Positions 27,287 through 41,369 of a stretch of DNA of 64,000 bases are shown one piece after another. The stretch covers positions 7,690,001 to 7,754,000 of the forward strand of contig NW_024704743.1 in assembly GCF_018977255.1 (NCBI RefSeq). The letters are read 5' to 3'. The notes beneath the pieces are model-generated. The model was not told the DNA's origin, did not search any database, and saw nothing but the letters and a program-made list of their open reading frames with translations. This DNA is from Callorhinchus milii. Its lineage: Eukaryota. The position numbers and the translations under genes were made by a program. The stretch's first letter is position 1. The number at the start of each line of letters is the position of its first letter.

Positions 27287-27884
27287 AACATCTCATTTGA
27301 TGAATGGCATCTCCAGTAATACAGCACTCCATTGAAGAACCAGCCCACACAATGAGCTTGAAGATAAAATAAATAGACACTAAATTCTACCATAAATCCT
27401 GTGAAACATTTTGAGATGTCTCAACACGGTAATGAGGCCCTATATCAAATCCAAGGATGATAATTTTTATGTGCATTTATTAGGCCATTGGATCTGACCC
27501 ACCTGCTCCCTTCGTAACCTGTATATGTTATGTTTCTGAAGCGAAATACAAAAATATTGCTTATATGTATCGTGGATGTTTCTCAAATAGGGCATTCAGC
27601 CCCAAGTAGCCGAAAGGTTGGACCACCCTCGTATAACTAGGCCTCAGTGTACTAACATATCTGCTTTTGTACTTACAACATAAGTGTTGAAAGTTGTGTT
27701 GCTTCTTTCCCAGGAGTGCATCTGCATTTTTTACTATAACCGTAAACATACAGATATGCACGCAACACACACAATCACAAATTGTATTTATATAGGACCT
27801 TTCAACAGCGCCAACATCAAAACTATCCAGCTCTACTATCCACAAAATCCAGCTGATCTAAAACTCTTGTCACTCTCCGTCACA

Positions 27885-28152
27885 GCAGTTTGAGTCAGGC
27901 TCCACTGGTTCCCTATCACAGAACGGATCGATTTCAAGATCCACTCACTCGTCTTCAAATCCCTTCATGTCCTGGCACCTCCCTACATATCCGACCTGCT
28001 TACGTACCTGCTGCGCCTGAAGACCTTCCTCTTCGACCGTGCCTACAGTTACTTCCCCCCCCCCCCACCAGCTCAGCATCATGCTCAGTCACTGTCGAGC
28101 GCTCCGAGGGGCTACCCTGTGTGAATGGCGCTGTATAAATGCACGTTGTTGT
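27885..28152 (+). mobile_element. L2 LINE 3' fragment with internal deletion
   Basis: CTCCACTGG...TTCAAGATC motif and GGCGCTGTATAAATGCACGTTGTTG tail. Confidence 0.75.
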
Positions 28153-31100
28153 TGAATAGTTTCTCCTTGGCCCCTCTGTTCCAGGTGTAATATATCTCTG
28201 TCAATTGTTCTCCTGCTGAAAGCTGAGGTAGGGGATTCTTTTGCACACGGTTTTGCTGAAACTGTGCTCTGCCTAGTTCAAGTAGTTTCAATATTTGACA
28301 TTTTTATTGCGTGTTTGCTCACAAAGTTGAGATTGAGATACATTTAGTGGAGTTGGAAGAAGGCTTAGGTCTGAAAGTCTGTAAGTTACTAGCTTACTTG
28401 AACATGCTCAATTACAAATTACAAGTTATCTGAAAATATTTGGATATCTAATGTAGTGTTTATAGCGCGTTTGGAGGGCATTTGGAGCAGATTCAGCGGA
28501 AAAAGTGCGGCTGCGATTTTCTATTGGCCCAGATTATAACATCTGGATCAGATTATAACATCAATCGCTGGATCAAATAAAATAGCTTTGTCATCTGTGA
28601 AGTGCCTAACCCCTTGCTCTGTGGCTGCCCTTGACTTTATAAGCCAAGTTTGAGCAGGCACTGCATAGACATATGTGACAGACATAGATTCTTTGGCTCA
28701 GTTGGTAGCATTCTCATTTCAGTCACAAGGTCGTGGATTTGGACTTGGTATCATCCTCTACGTTACATTTCGGAGCAGTGTTGGCTGCTTTATTGGAACT
28801 GTTGCCTCTGCAATGAGATGTTAAACTGCAATCTAGACTGTTCCAAAGAGTCTTCTAGCGGATGAGACTTTAAACCAAGGTCCAGTCTACAGTTAATTTA
28901 TGCGCTGTTGGATCCATAAGCAGCTGTAAAGTGAAAGGCCGATTTATCTGGAGAACTGTTCACCAAAACACAGGCCGCAATGCAATAAGGATGTCAAGCA
29001 GGGGCCTACTTCTGGCTTGTCATGTTGTTACCACACCTCACATCCTTTATAAAGTTTTAAAGTTACATTATGGGCACTTGCAGCATGTAGCTCATTGTGG
29101 TCCTGACCAACCCAGAAGTCGATCATTTATAGCGTGGGAATCTGGCTTAACCTGTGACTATGTTGACCTACGCTGTCTGGTGTAAATTCATGTATCTCCT
29201 TAAATGGACGTATTGGGCACCCATATCTACATAAATCCCACCAGGATAAAATGTTAAACTGAGGTCCTGTCTGGCTGTTCAGGTGCAGGTGGATGTTAAA
29301 GATCTGTGACCCTATTTGAAAAGAGAAAGGAGTTGCTTCTTGTGTTCTGGTGAACAGTTCTCCAGATAAATTGGTCTTTCACAAGCTACTTGTGGTTCTG
29401 ACTGTGCACAAATTAACTGCCATGTTTGCCTACCAATACACAGTCACTACATTTATCTGTGAAGCTCTCAAGTTTTTTTTTGACACGATAGCGTGCTATA
29501 TCTTTTGGGGATTTTCAAAGATTTGTCATCGTATACCTGAAGTAATTATCATGAGCGGCAGTTCACGTTTTGCGAAAATGTAAAATCACACGCCACAAAG
29601 GTGTTTTGTCCTGGAGTTGTACTGTTCTAAAGTTAGCTCTAATTTCTACAGAGTTTGGGTTCCATATCAAGTCGAGACTTTTGTGACTTAACTTGGCGAT
29701 TTAAAAATCTATACTGGCAAAGAAACACTTTGCACAGAGCATCTATGATCACATTGACAAGGTCAGTGTAATTTCGGTAAAGCTGGAAGAAGGAGACGTG
29801 TGAAATATTTGGACAGCTGTACTGCAGGCAGCCTTTTAAGCTAAGATTTCAATAAATGGTAATCGGGCTGTGCAATTCCATTAACTCTGTCTATTAACTG
29901 TGGGAAAAAAAAACAGCCAGCAGTGCAAAGTTATACTTTCTTTCAAGCCTGTGTCTGGAGAAACTATTCTGAGTTCTTACCCTTAGCAGGCTTCTTGCAT
30001 TTATATAAAGAAATGGTGGCCAAACACAGGCCGAAAGTTTCTTGATTGAATATTTCTTGATTTACGCCATAAATACTAAATCAAAAAAAAATTGGATTGA
30101 CCACCACTGACATAGAACCTCTCACATACGAGTGTCTTAACGTGCTTGATAAATGGAATGGTGGACACTGAGCAGGGAAATTAGAGATTTAAAGATGTTG
30201 AGCAAATACATGATCCATGGTTGTGTTCTTGGGAGGTTTCTGACTGTGGGGAGAACGTTAACCAGGTGAAGTAACTTTGGAAGAGAGTTTGAATGCTTGG
30301 TGTCTAAAAGCTCAGGTGGTGGAACAAGACATGGACCTGTGCCAGAATAACTTGAAGAAACTGACTGGAGGTAGTGTGGGTAGTGTGTGGTGAAATTGTG
30401 GCGAGAGTTGAGGACAAGGATATTAAACTCAGGATATTAAACTCAGGGTTCCTAGGAGACGAAGGGTCTTGGCAAGGAAGGTGTTACTGGGTGCACAGAG
30501 GCTTGTGCTGGAGGATGTTGATACTGGTAGCAGACTTGAGATGATAAATTAAAAGCATTGTTTGTGTGATGATTTTGCCCCCCTTCCCCTCAATATATTG
30601 TCTTCATTATTTGTCTACAAAACACACAGTCACTACACTAATATAAATCTTGTGAAGGCCTTTGAGAAATTTGTTTCAAGGACTACTGTATATCAAGCAC
30701 AAAGCTTATTATATGTACACTAAAGATAAGCCTAGCAAAAATGGTTGCCTACAGGGAACTGAAGGTAAGGCTACTGCTCCTTTCAATAAATGGTCATTTA
30801 CACTCTGAATTCCTCCTACAAATTGGAATGGCTTTTGTGTGCTATCAGAACCTTATTGAATTTTATGTTTCAAATCTACAATTCTTTATTCTCACGTATT
30901 CTACAGTTCATTTTCTAAGGACAATTGTGCTTCAAGTCTTCTATAGTCTGTTTATTTGTCTAGTTACCATTTGAAACTGTTGGCCATGGTTTTTGACTGG
31001 GTATTTTTGTAGGAATGCTAAGTGTTTTAGTGTGCACTGTAAAAACTGAGGGTAATGACCACAGACTTAAAATGCATATTTTTGTTTCAGAACTGGGGAA

Positions 31101-33789
31101 GGAATATTCAATCGGAATTGGAAGAGGAAAATTATTCCAAAAGAGAGCTCTAAGGTACAGTATTATATTTTTTGTTAAAAATCTGCTTCTTGTAGTTTCT
31201 CATCATACTAGCATTAAAACTCCTGGCTCTGTCCTGAAATACTTTTTCAATGTATAACGTATTTGCCAGATACCTGAATCCACTGGAAATCCAGAAAAGC
31301 TCCACACAATGTTTGACATAATCTGTAACTTACCTACAAGTAATTATCTATTGCACCAGGGAATTGGTTATGTTAACTGGTGAAGTATTTGATGCGGGTG
31401 CAGACAAGCCAATGGGAGCAAGGATTTTCCCACTCATTCCCTGTTATCTCTGTGAACCAAAGCCTAACAGGTAGGACAGTCCCACCTGGATAAGCAATAG
31501 CAGGCTTGCCAAATAGTGCTCTCAGGGTAAGCCATGCAATTTTAGCTGGTCAAACTCCAGCAGTGCCCCAAGCCATTGGAATTAGGGTGCATTCCCCCTG
31601 GGAGAAACTGTACATTCTATTGCAGACACGGGAAGTTTTCATGTATAGTTAGCATACATGTGCATAATTCTGTCTGGTTTAGATGCTAGTGTTCCACATG
31701 TGTCAGACATAGACATCCCAGCTGGCCAGAAAAAAATGTGTGGTTCATTATGCTCATGGAATTTCTCAGTAATAAGGAATCCCATTAATATTCCTGTGAA
31801 ACTGTGGGAAACGCAGCTCTGGAAACAGATCCATCTGAGAATTAAACCCCAATGATACTATGGAAATTCCAGGACTGTTCAGCCTGATGCTCTCCTGGTG
31901 GTATTAGCATATTTAACTTCATCCTGTCATCTTAACGCAAAATATTGCTTTTAATCACACGGTCACTTAGGATTTCTGATCAGCTGGTACTTGGAACGTT
32001 GCGCTTTTAAAGCACTGCGGACAACTAACTTGCTAATTAAGCCCTGGATGTAATAATTTTTGAAAATTTTGGATGATCTTGAATTTTAAGTGATGATAGT
32101 CAAGCTAAGACTGTAAGGTGTCGGCCTTCGGGGCTCACCTTTTGCACACCTGAGAGAAGTACTTTGTCTAGATGTGAGTCAGCATTTTAGGAGACATTCT
32201 CTTGGAGTTGGGAGAATTGACATTTACTCTGGACTGTCCCAACTGTTCCTACTGAAGAGTTTCTGTTATTGGACTTTTTTGAAGAAGAAAAAATAGAGGC
32301 CATATTTTAAAGAAAGCCTTGAGGTGTTTAGACATTCATTCGAGCACGTGGCCAGGATTATTTAATCAACGGGGAAGCAGTTTTTTGAAAGGTCAAGCCA
32401 TCACTATTCTGGAAAATGTAGAACCATTAGATTGGCATCTATGGAGATGACAAATATTGGAGTCTATTTACAAGTAAGTCTAGCATATTTTGAATAAAGA
32501 AAAAGACAAGCCTAGGTGTACATATGAAAGGTTAGTGTGTTGATCCAGGTTATTTGAATTTGGCGGTAGCAATTGGATGATATAACTTTCTATCTTTGGA
32601 AAATATTGCCCTTTACAAAAGCCCGTTGACTGAAGTGAAAGTTCAAGGAGACCAAGGAGATTTTGTAAAATCAGTAATTGATTGCCTAGGTATTAGGAAC
32701 ACAGGATGGGTCTTAGTGGCTTCATTTGTGAATCCGTGACCAGCAGACTACCAGAGGGATTGGTTGAGGAGATCTGACTGCGATGGTTATAAATCTTATA
32801 AGTGTTGGCTACGTAACCTCTGTAAAATTCTCTAAATTGCAAAAGAATCGCATGTCACATCCGCTCATCAGGATTTATACCAAATTGTGTGGGAAATTGT
32901 GGAGTGTTTGGAAAGAAGGGATTAAACTTCAGCTCTTTAACTGAGCGGGTGAATGGCAGATGGTATGATTTAGTGCTGAGAAATGGGATGCCTGTTGATG
33001 CTGAAATAGCAAATGTTACGCAATGGTTTGAGGTGGATTGCGGCGAAAGCAGAAATGTCACCCAATCTGACATCTTGACAAGTCTTGTTGGCTGAGAGAG
33101 CAAATAACGTTAAAATGTAGAATTCTGTGAATAGGTTCAAGATGTGGTGTTGTCTTGTACTGGTTCCTAAATATGCAGTGGAAATAATTTAAAGCTGTAC
33201 CAAAGGTTTAGATCAATGAGCCAATAAGAACAATCAACTTGAAGAAAGTACAGATGGGGCCTCACTTTAATGTTTCATTTGATGGCTGCCCCTCCCCTGT
33301 GCCTGAATAACAGGGACCAAGAGTTTTCAAATGAGTTAATCTGGTACCTTGTGCTTCAAGCACAAAAGCTCGTCTGCAATAGTCCATGACTGTCACAAGT
33401 GACTTCTGCTGCAGTGATATTGGCAGCTAACAGCCTCAGGTCCAAACACTGTGACAAAGTCAGAAGAATACATAGTTCACCCTTGCAGCGGGTTGGTAAA
33501 TTATTTAATGGTTTGACTGCAAGTTTAGTTGAAGCTCTACCCTAGAAGGTTGAACAGCCTATTGGGATAAAAGGTCTGTGTACAGAGTACACAAAATCTT
33601 CAGCTCCTTATAACTAAAGCGGTGAATTGTGCCAGAAAAAAAGAATGTACACTCCCCCCTGATATTTTTTCCCTTCGCTGTAAATTATCTTTCATTATTT
33701 ATCCAATTAATTCCCTTTTAAATGATGTTCTGGACTCCACTTCCACCGAAATTTATTGTAATGCAATCCATATTCTATCCTATGGGGGA

Positions 33790-34020
33790 TCTGTCTGGAT
33801 GGGGGAGCTGGTTGTGTCTGGTTCGGTCTCTCTGAGTGATAGATGGGGTGTGGGTGGGCTGAGTCTGTCAGCGGTCTGTTCAGATGTGTCTGGGTGAGGG
33901 ATGGGGTCTGGTTGTGTCTGGGTGGGGGGTAGGGTCTGGGTGGGGGATAGGGTCTGGGTGGACGTGGATGTGTCTGGGTGGGGGTTGGGGTTGCGTGAGG
34001 GATGGGGTCTGGGTGTGTCA
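33790..34020 (+). repeat. G-rich degenerate minisatellite (GTCTGGGTGGGG-like units)
   Basis: Repeated GTCTGG(G)TG(G)n units. Confidence 0.8.
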
Positions 34021-34664
34021 CTCTTCAGTAATTCTATTCTATACCAATGGTTCTTGTGTGCTGTGGTCAGTGACGCTTGCCACCAGCCAAACCTGATCTG
34101 AAATGGAATAACATTTTTTCCGTGGCCCAAATGTGATCTTATCTTAGATCCTATCTCACATTATGGAAGTCATTTTGGGCTGTCATCTACTTTTATGTTC
34201 AACTTTTGACAAAACATATGCTTACAAGCTTGTAATTGTTTCCAGCTGTCCATACAGCTGGTTCCTACCACCAAGAATGTTGGGTTATGCATGATATCTC
34301 TGACACTTTGAAATGCATCATGCTTGCATCGCTATCTGTAAAACTAATTGCAAGCAATTAAATGTGGAAAAACTCAATTTGTAGCTTTTCTCAACACAGT
34401 CAGGGCTACATTTACACACCGATATTTCAACTTGCATCCAGGATCTATATCGTCCACCTGATTTGTTGTATGCGTTTTAGTTGAATGCTATAATTGTGTT
34501 AACCGTATAATCCTTTAAAGGATTGTAAACTGCTTTTCTGGTTCGTTAAGAGTGAAGGCTTTGTTTTTTGACTCATTCATTTCATATTAATCCCTTGGTG
34601 GGATATTATGTTGCATTGTTCAGTGAAAGTCTCTTAAGTTGTGTAGCTTTCCACTAACAGCTAC

Positions 34665-35245
34665 AAGGTCTTGAGATGGGCCTTGAAGGAGGTGTGGGTG
34701 TGAGGCGGAGGGATTCTGTGAGGGAGTTCCAGAGAGTGGGGCAGAAAAGTTGAAGGGCCGACCACTGATGGTAGGGTGGGCAGAGGATGTGGAGCAGGCC
34801 AGTGCCCACTGTGTGGAAGGAATGGCCAGATTGGAATGGTTTTAAAAGGTGGTAGAGGTAGAGAACGACAAGACTGTGAAGGGCATTAAAAGTGAAGATG
34901 AGTCTTAAACTCGATCCTCTGGGGGATGGAGAGCCAGTGAAGCTGGGTGAGGAGGGTCACAGAGCTTGGTGCTGGAGAGGACACGAGCTGTAGAGTTCTG
35001 AATAATCTGCAACCTTTGGAGGGAAGAAGGCCAGCGAGCAGAGAATTAACATAGTCAAGCCTGGACATGATGAAAGCATGGTTGAGGGTATTGGTGGCCT
35101 GAGGGGAGAAGTAATGGTAGAGGCGGGTGATGCTACGGAGGTGGGGGAAGGCTGAATGGATCATGGCATGGATGTGTGGTTTAAAGGACAGTTGAGGGTT
35201 GAACAAGACCTCAAGGTTTTGTACTGGCTTGGTGAGGTTCCTCAC
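34665..35245 (-). mobile_element. L2 LINE ORF2 fragment
   Basis: Minus-strand ORF contains SRLDYVNSLL and LHWLSIPQRIEFK. Confidence 0.85.
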
Positions 35246-36879
35246 CAAACCCGAATGTATGCAGAAGGCTGAACAGTCTATTGAGATAAAAGGCTTCTAC
35301 ACAGAGTACAAAATGTTGAGCGTCTTACAACTAAAGTGATTTATTTTGCCAGCAAAAAGAATGTACAATCATGGACACTTATAGCTATAAAGGCACATTT
35401 GTCTTAAAAATTGATGGATTCAGATCTTCAGAGCAGTAAAGCCTAGTGTTTGGAAGGTTTTCTAACGGTTGATAGTATGAATACCATCAGTATTTGTCTT
35501 TTCATTTGTGAACTGCTGTTACAGTTGGAATTCTGAGGTTGTTAGAAATAGTGTAGAAAATAGATGAATTATCCAAATGCCCTTATTTTAGTCTGGTTTC
35601 TCAACGTGGACCACAACACCAGTGGGGAGTGGCGAGGAGTCTGGAGACAATTTCCTGCCCACAATACTCCTAGGAGCAGGAAGCAGTGCTTTCCATGGCA
35701 AACTATTTAGCTGGGTAAACTCCAGCAGCACCTCCAACTCCCACTCAAAGGTCCCCAAGCCTTTGCTCTTGCCAACTTGTGCCTAATTCTCTGGAATTAC
35801 ATAAGCAGGGTGCGTCCCTCTGGGGAGAGAGCATTCATTCCATTCCTGGCACACAAATTAAAATGGATAGGTGGCATGTATGGAATTCTGTCTGGCTTGG
35901 ACAATCTTAAATATGGTGATGGGTTTCCAGTCACAACTGGCTGGCCACACCCTTTTACACTTGTCGACCTTGGATTTGTAGCCTTTTGTCACTGGTGTAG
36001 CAGTAGTTTTATAAGAAATGATCAATCAATCCATACATTTCGTACAGCGCATTTTCACATCAGTAGGACTCTCAAAGCGCTGCACAATAAAGTTTCATGA
36101 CTGTGAATTTTGTGGGAAAAAGTCGCAATGTATGTGGTGATAGTAATGGGTGATATGTTCTAGTTTCCAGAAGGAGTTCTCTTTTGAAGACAAAGAAGAA
36201 TTTGTCAAGAGCACAAAAGACATAGACGCCAATCTACTTGCTGTACTTCCTAAAGGTTAGTAATATGCTGGAACAGTGATAGAATTTCTTTAGCTAGTTA
36301 AATTAGATAATTATTTGGTGGAGGACAAGTTTGCAGAGCTATGGGGAGAGTGCGGGGAAGTGGGATTGAATTGGATGGCACTTTTCAAAGATCCGGCACA
36401 GGCATGAAAGGCCGAATGGCCTCCTTCTGTGCTGTATGATTCTATGATTACAAAAACACCAAGATAGTGGGAGGTATTCATAGCATCAACACTCGATGGA
36501 AGGGATTAATTGTGCTTTGAGAACTTAAGCTGAAGTGTTAATGTAAAGGTGGCAAGAGCAGGAATCTTCACCGCTGGGCCCTAAATGAAATCAGTTGCCA
36601 AATTTAACCATTATTAAATTACCCCAGATCTCAATGCTGGCATATATCTCATGGATTGATACAGTTGAAATGTTCAGGTCGGGTTCATAAATATTATTTT
36701 CTTTCTCTTCCATTATTTTCCCCACCTCCAGAGGTTAACATGGCACCAACCTTGAGAGGTAAACGTGGTGCACACAGTTCAAAGCTGCACTGTTTTGTCG
36801 CATTGCATTTGACATTTAATATGTTTCCAATTCTTTCTTATGGGTGTAAATTCTGAAGAGCTGATCCTTCATTTTCTTC

Positions 36880-37177
36880 AAAGTTACTATACTATCAAGT
36901 GAATTGACTGTATATATTGTGGGCGAAACGTGGCAGCCAATTGCACATAGCAGTGTCCTACAAACAGTTATGGATAGAGTGACCACATTTTTTGGGGGGA
37001 GGGATTATTACCCCGGGAAAAGCGATCCGCCAATCGACTAACAACTGGGTTCCTACTTACTGCTAGGTAAACAGAGACTCGTGGAGTAAGGAAACTTGCC
37101 CTATGTTTCAACTTGCCAGAATCGAACCCAGGTCCTCTTGCGAGACGAGTGCTCTAACCACTAAGCTACAGGACTCC
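36880..37177 (-). mobile_element. tRNA-derived SINE, same family
   Basis: A and B box head on the minus strand; body matches 53064-53417. Confidence 0.85.
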
Positions 37178-40100
37178 ATGCGTTTATAGATTCAAGCCGA
37201 TTATAACATGAATTGAGAGTTCAGAACTAAGTAACAGTATGATGGTATCGAGTCTCGACCAAGATTTGAGATTGGAAAGGGATTCTGCTTCTCTCCCAAA
37301 TTATGAATGTAATAAATAATAATCGTTGCATTTCATACAGTGCCTTTCACATTAGGAAGATGCCTCAAAGCGCTTCACAAGATTTACTGCAAAATTTAGC
37401 CACTGTAGGTGAACTGTACTTAGTAGATGAACAAAATGTACACTATGTTTAAAATAAAGTTATGGTAGTGATGATGATGATAATAATGATCCTTTCCATT
37501 GGAGATGTTCTTCAGGCCAAACCTGTTGAAGGTGGTGCTCAGCCCAGTGAAAACATGAGTGATTCACAAAGATAATGATCGATAGATAGTCAAATTACCA
37601 TTTGATGTTATCTTGGGTTTCTGGTACCAGTTGAGTTGCGTGTATAAAACTGTAATATAATAGTGTCCTAGTCAGTGCTATCTTAGTGTCCTGTACCTTA
37701 CTTACAGCCATGCAAAAAATGTGAGATGATTAATGCAAAGGAACCATGATGCAGCCCAAGGGAATTGGGGTAGAATCTGTGGCATGAAAGCAATCCTTGG
37801 CAACTGCTCGACAAATTATTATTAGTGCATCATAGATTACCATGTTAGTGTCTGTGTTCATTTAGGGGACGTACCAGAGTAGGTCACAGCAGAGTTTTGC
37901 AATGAATTGGTAATGCATGACCTCGATCATCGGCGGATCTTAGACAGCACATTTTTGGCCATTTTTCTCCTCTGATTCCTATCGGTTCTGATGCACAGAT
38001 CCCCCCTTGGCATTTTCTTTGCACTTGAAAATGACATCTGTGTCTGGTTCACAGGCTTCTACATTCCTGCGCTGTCCTGTTGCTATAATGCAGTCACCAT
38101 TTTCTATCCTCTCCGCTGAGTTATGACCCAGTAATGTGTTCTTCACCCACACTTCGCTAAGTTCCTCCCCCCATACGTGTATTCAAACGATATGTGGGCA
38201 CGATCGCATAGTGTTTACAGAAAGAGGGCAAAACTTCTAGCGGTTTTGGGTAACCAGGGATAGTGAAGGGAGTTTAAAAGGTTTTGATTTTAATCGTTCT
38301 TTTTCTCTTTTCACCTACTTTCCTTGTGTGCTGTTCCCAATTTTCTTCCACCACAAGGTACTGCACAGATGGCACTGCATTGCCTCCTTTGTTAGGGTAT
38401 GGAATAACAAGCATCGGTACCTTGCCCCCGAGTGGCTATTTTTGGTCCGTTTTAAAAGTACCTGGTGAATTCTCAAAATGTCAGTTCTTGGGAGTATTAT
38501 TTTAAATAACTGGGTTATCGGGTACAGAAATATTTTGGGGGAGGTGGAGAATGGAGGGTTAATGACCTGTTTTTAGCCTGGAATCAAATTCCTCTTTTTT
38601 TCTCTCTGTTTTACTTCTTGACTCTAAAGTGGGTGGAGTGCAGTGAATTTCTGATAGCTATTATTGCAGATCCCCATGAGGCTGTAACTGGGTTCACTTT
38701 GTATGAATTGCTTCCAGATATTTTAGAAATCCAAGCAATAAGTGCTTGCCACTTAAACTGATTTTAAAAATCCTTTTTGGTGTGGGGGTGTTTTCAAAAG
38801 AGAAACTGCCTTCAGGATTTCATCTTTGCGTTCAAGGCTATTTATCTGTTGGTACAATTAAGTCTGGATTTGAGACCAAATCATGTGTTAAAGTTTTACA
38901 GATGTAGATGAGGTCATTCACTACATAATGACACTCTGTGACCAGGAACTGTAGTGGAGACATTGCCTTAATGACTGCAGTAAGTAACAGGAGCATGCCT
39001 TAGGAAAACTAGGTTAACCCCTAATGAGTATTGTGTTTCTTTGGCAACTTATTTCCGTTTTTGCCAACTTTCACTCCTTTCCTAACTTCCTTGAAGGAAA
39101 ATGGTTCCATGGAAACTAACCATCTCCTGGGCCTTGCCCAAGCCGTGCTTTTTCATGCGAGTCTAGACAGTGCGTGCCAGAGAGCTGTCCAACCATGGAA
39201 GTCTCAGCTGACCTTACTCGTGGAGTTTCCAACAGGGGTTTACTGGATAGCGATCAGGAATGGGAAACGCTGGGATGATTTTTTTAATGGAAATATTTTA
39301 TATTTTTTTGAGTCCAGGTGTAGACATCCTGTCGTCGGGTTTCACAAGTTTTGCATCTCTCAGGGCAGGATTTCTTCTTATTCAGCTCCTGTTAACCCTG
39401 CAAGCCAAAGCCCTAACAATAGACGGTGCTAGCTGGACAAACAGCAGGAAAGCTTGCCAGGCAGTGCTCTCATTAGCAAGTGAATACAGTTTTAGCTGGT
39501 TAGAATCCAGCAGTACACCAACACACATTCTGGGGTCCCCAAGCCTTGGCTCCTGCCAGCCTACACCTAATACTCTCTGGAATAAGGTAAGCAGGATGCA
39601 TCCCTCCAGAGGGAGAGAGTGCATTCCATTTCAATACACAGAGATTTCCATGTGTAGGCAAGATGATTGAAGCCTCAGTTTGGTTTGGATACTCTCAAGC
39701 ACGAGATGGGTTTCCGCATGTGTCAGACACCCGACTAACCCAAAAAGGTTTTCCATCTTCGTTGAAAACACACCAGATTAGCAAACTTCATCAGTGCTGT
39801 CATTCAACCAATGGACATAATGAGGCAGTGTTTATTTTAGTCTTTAATCTAAACCTAATGCCACAAATATTATAGTAATGCAATTGCCAACTTATTTTTA
39901 AATGCATTGTGGGCTCCCATTGCTTTTAGGAACATTTATTTCATCCCCGCTATATTGTGACATCTACAAGCCACAGCATTAGAATAAAGCAAAATGGCTA
40001 AAATGAGTAAAGTTCTGGAAGTAAATGTAATTCCATTTAAGTGGAAGTATTTTTTCAGCTAATCTCGAATTTAGAACTGGCACAACTTATTTGAACTCCA

Positions 40101-40488
40101 CTTATTTCGGTTGGAAAGTACATGCTCCCAGAGTGTTCCGTGCTTAGATGTTCCGTGCTTATCATCCTGTTAAAACATTTTTAAATAAAATTTTACCCAC
40201 AAATGTATGCAGTCAATTAACTTTGCAGTATATTCTGTGAAGCGCTTTGAGATGTCTCGAAGATGTGATAAGGCGCTATATCAAATTCAAGAATTATTAT
40301 TATTTTTATAAAATACAGTGGAGCCTTGTTCTCACGTGTGGTTTGGTTGCTTTCTGTAAAATCTTAAATGCCAGGCGCAATAAAGTGTTTCATTGTAATT
40401 GTGCACAGCTAGACTGGCTTGCTCCCTCCACAACTCTAAAACAAATATAGCCAACTTTCAGTTCACCACCAATATAATTTCCTGTTTG

Positions 40489-40608
40489 CTGTGCAAAGCA
40501 GGAAGTGACTGGTAGTAACCTAGCGACCCAGAAGTCGGTCATTTATTTTAGCTTGGAAATAGCTGACTTCTGGGTTATTCGATTAAAGTCACTTCCTGCT
40601 TTGCACAG
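40489..40608. repeat. Nested inverted repeat (hairpin) element
   Basis: CTGTGCAAAGCAGGAAGTGACT (40489-40510) is the perfect reverse complement of 40587-40608; inner imperfect stem ACCCAGAAGTC/GACTTCTGGGT. Confidence 0.85.
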
Positions 40609-40627
40609 TTGCAGCAAACCTGGGAAC

Positions 40628-40985
40628 TGGGAAATGAGGTGCATGCGTGGAGACTAGGGTCATTGTCTCACAAGCGAGAAGACTTGGGTTCAATTCCCGG
40701 CAAGTTGAAACCTTGGGCAAGTTTCCTTACTCTACAAGCCTCTGTTTACCCTGCTGTAGGTAGGAACCCGGTTGCTAGTCGATTGGCGGACCGCTTTCCG
40801 GGGGTAATAATCCCTTCAAAAAAAATTGGTCTACGACTGCTTGTTGGATACTACTGTGCACAATTGGCTGCCACATTTGCCCAGAAAATACAGTTAATCC
40901 ACTTTACAGTATATTCTGTGAAGCGCTTTGAACTATCTCAATGACGTGATAAGACGCTATATCAAATGCAAGGATTATTATTATT
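40628..40985 (+). mobile_element. tRNA-derived SINE, same family
   Basis: GGTTCAATTCC B box, CCTTGGGCAAGTTTCCTTACTC, tail AAATGCAAGGATTATTATT. Confidence 0.88.
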
Positions 40986-41369
40986 ACAGGACAATTGAGT
41001 TAAATCGAATTTGTGCTTTAAGAAGTGCATTATAACAGTAATATCTCATATAGCCTGTTTAAATTAATACATAGTAAATTTAATTCAATTATCCAAAAGA
41101 TGGTTCCATTCATCATTCTGTCTGCTTTCTGGAACTTCATCCCAGAGTCCGTCCAACTTGCCTCCTCTCTTTCCATTTTCAAAGTCCACACACACAAACA
41201 CCCTCTTCAATTCTCACTCCATTAGCTCTGGTTCCCAGAGAGTTGTGTAAAGTGAGTTGGGACATGAAATTATATAAATGAAGACTGTATTGTAAATGAC
41301 ATTGCACTAAAGCTTGCATATGGGATTTCAAATTGTATAACAAAATAGTTCAAAGTTTGCATCTCAACA

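Noticed and set aside
29198..29207. CArG match CCTTAAATGG
   Set aside because: Lies among repeat remnants without supporting motifs; chance matches are expected at this frequency
33707..34130. Pro/Thr-rich ORFs on the minus strand
   Set aside because: Translation of a G-rich minisatellite
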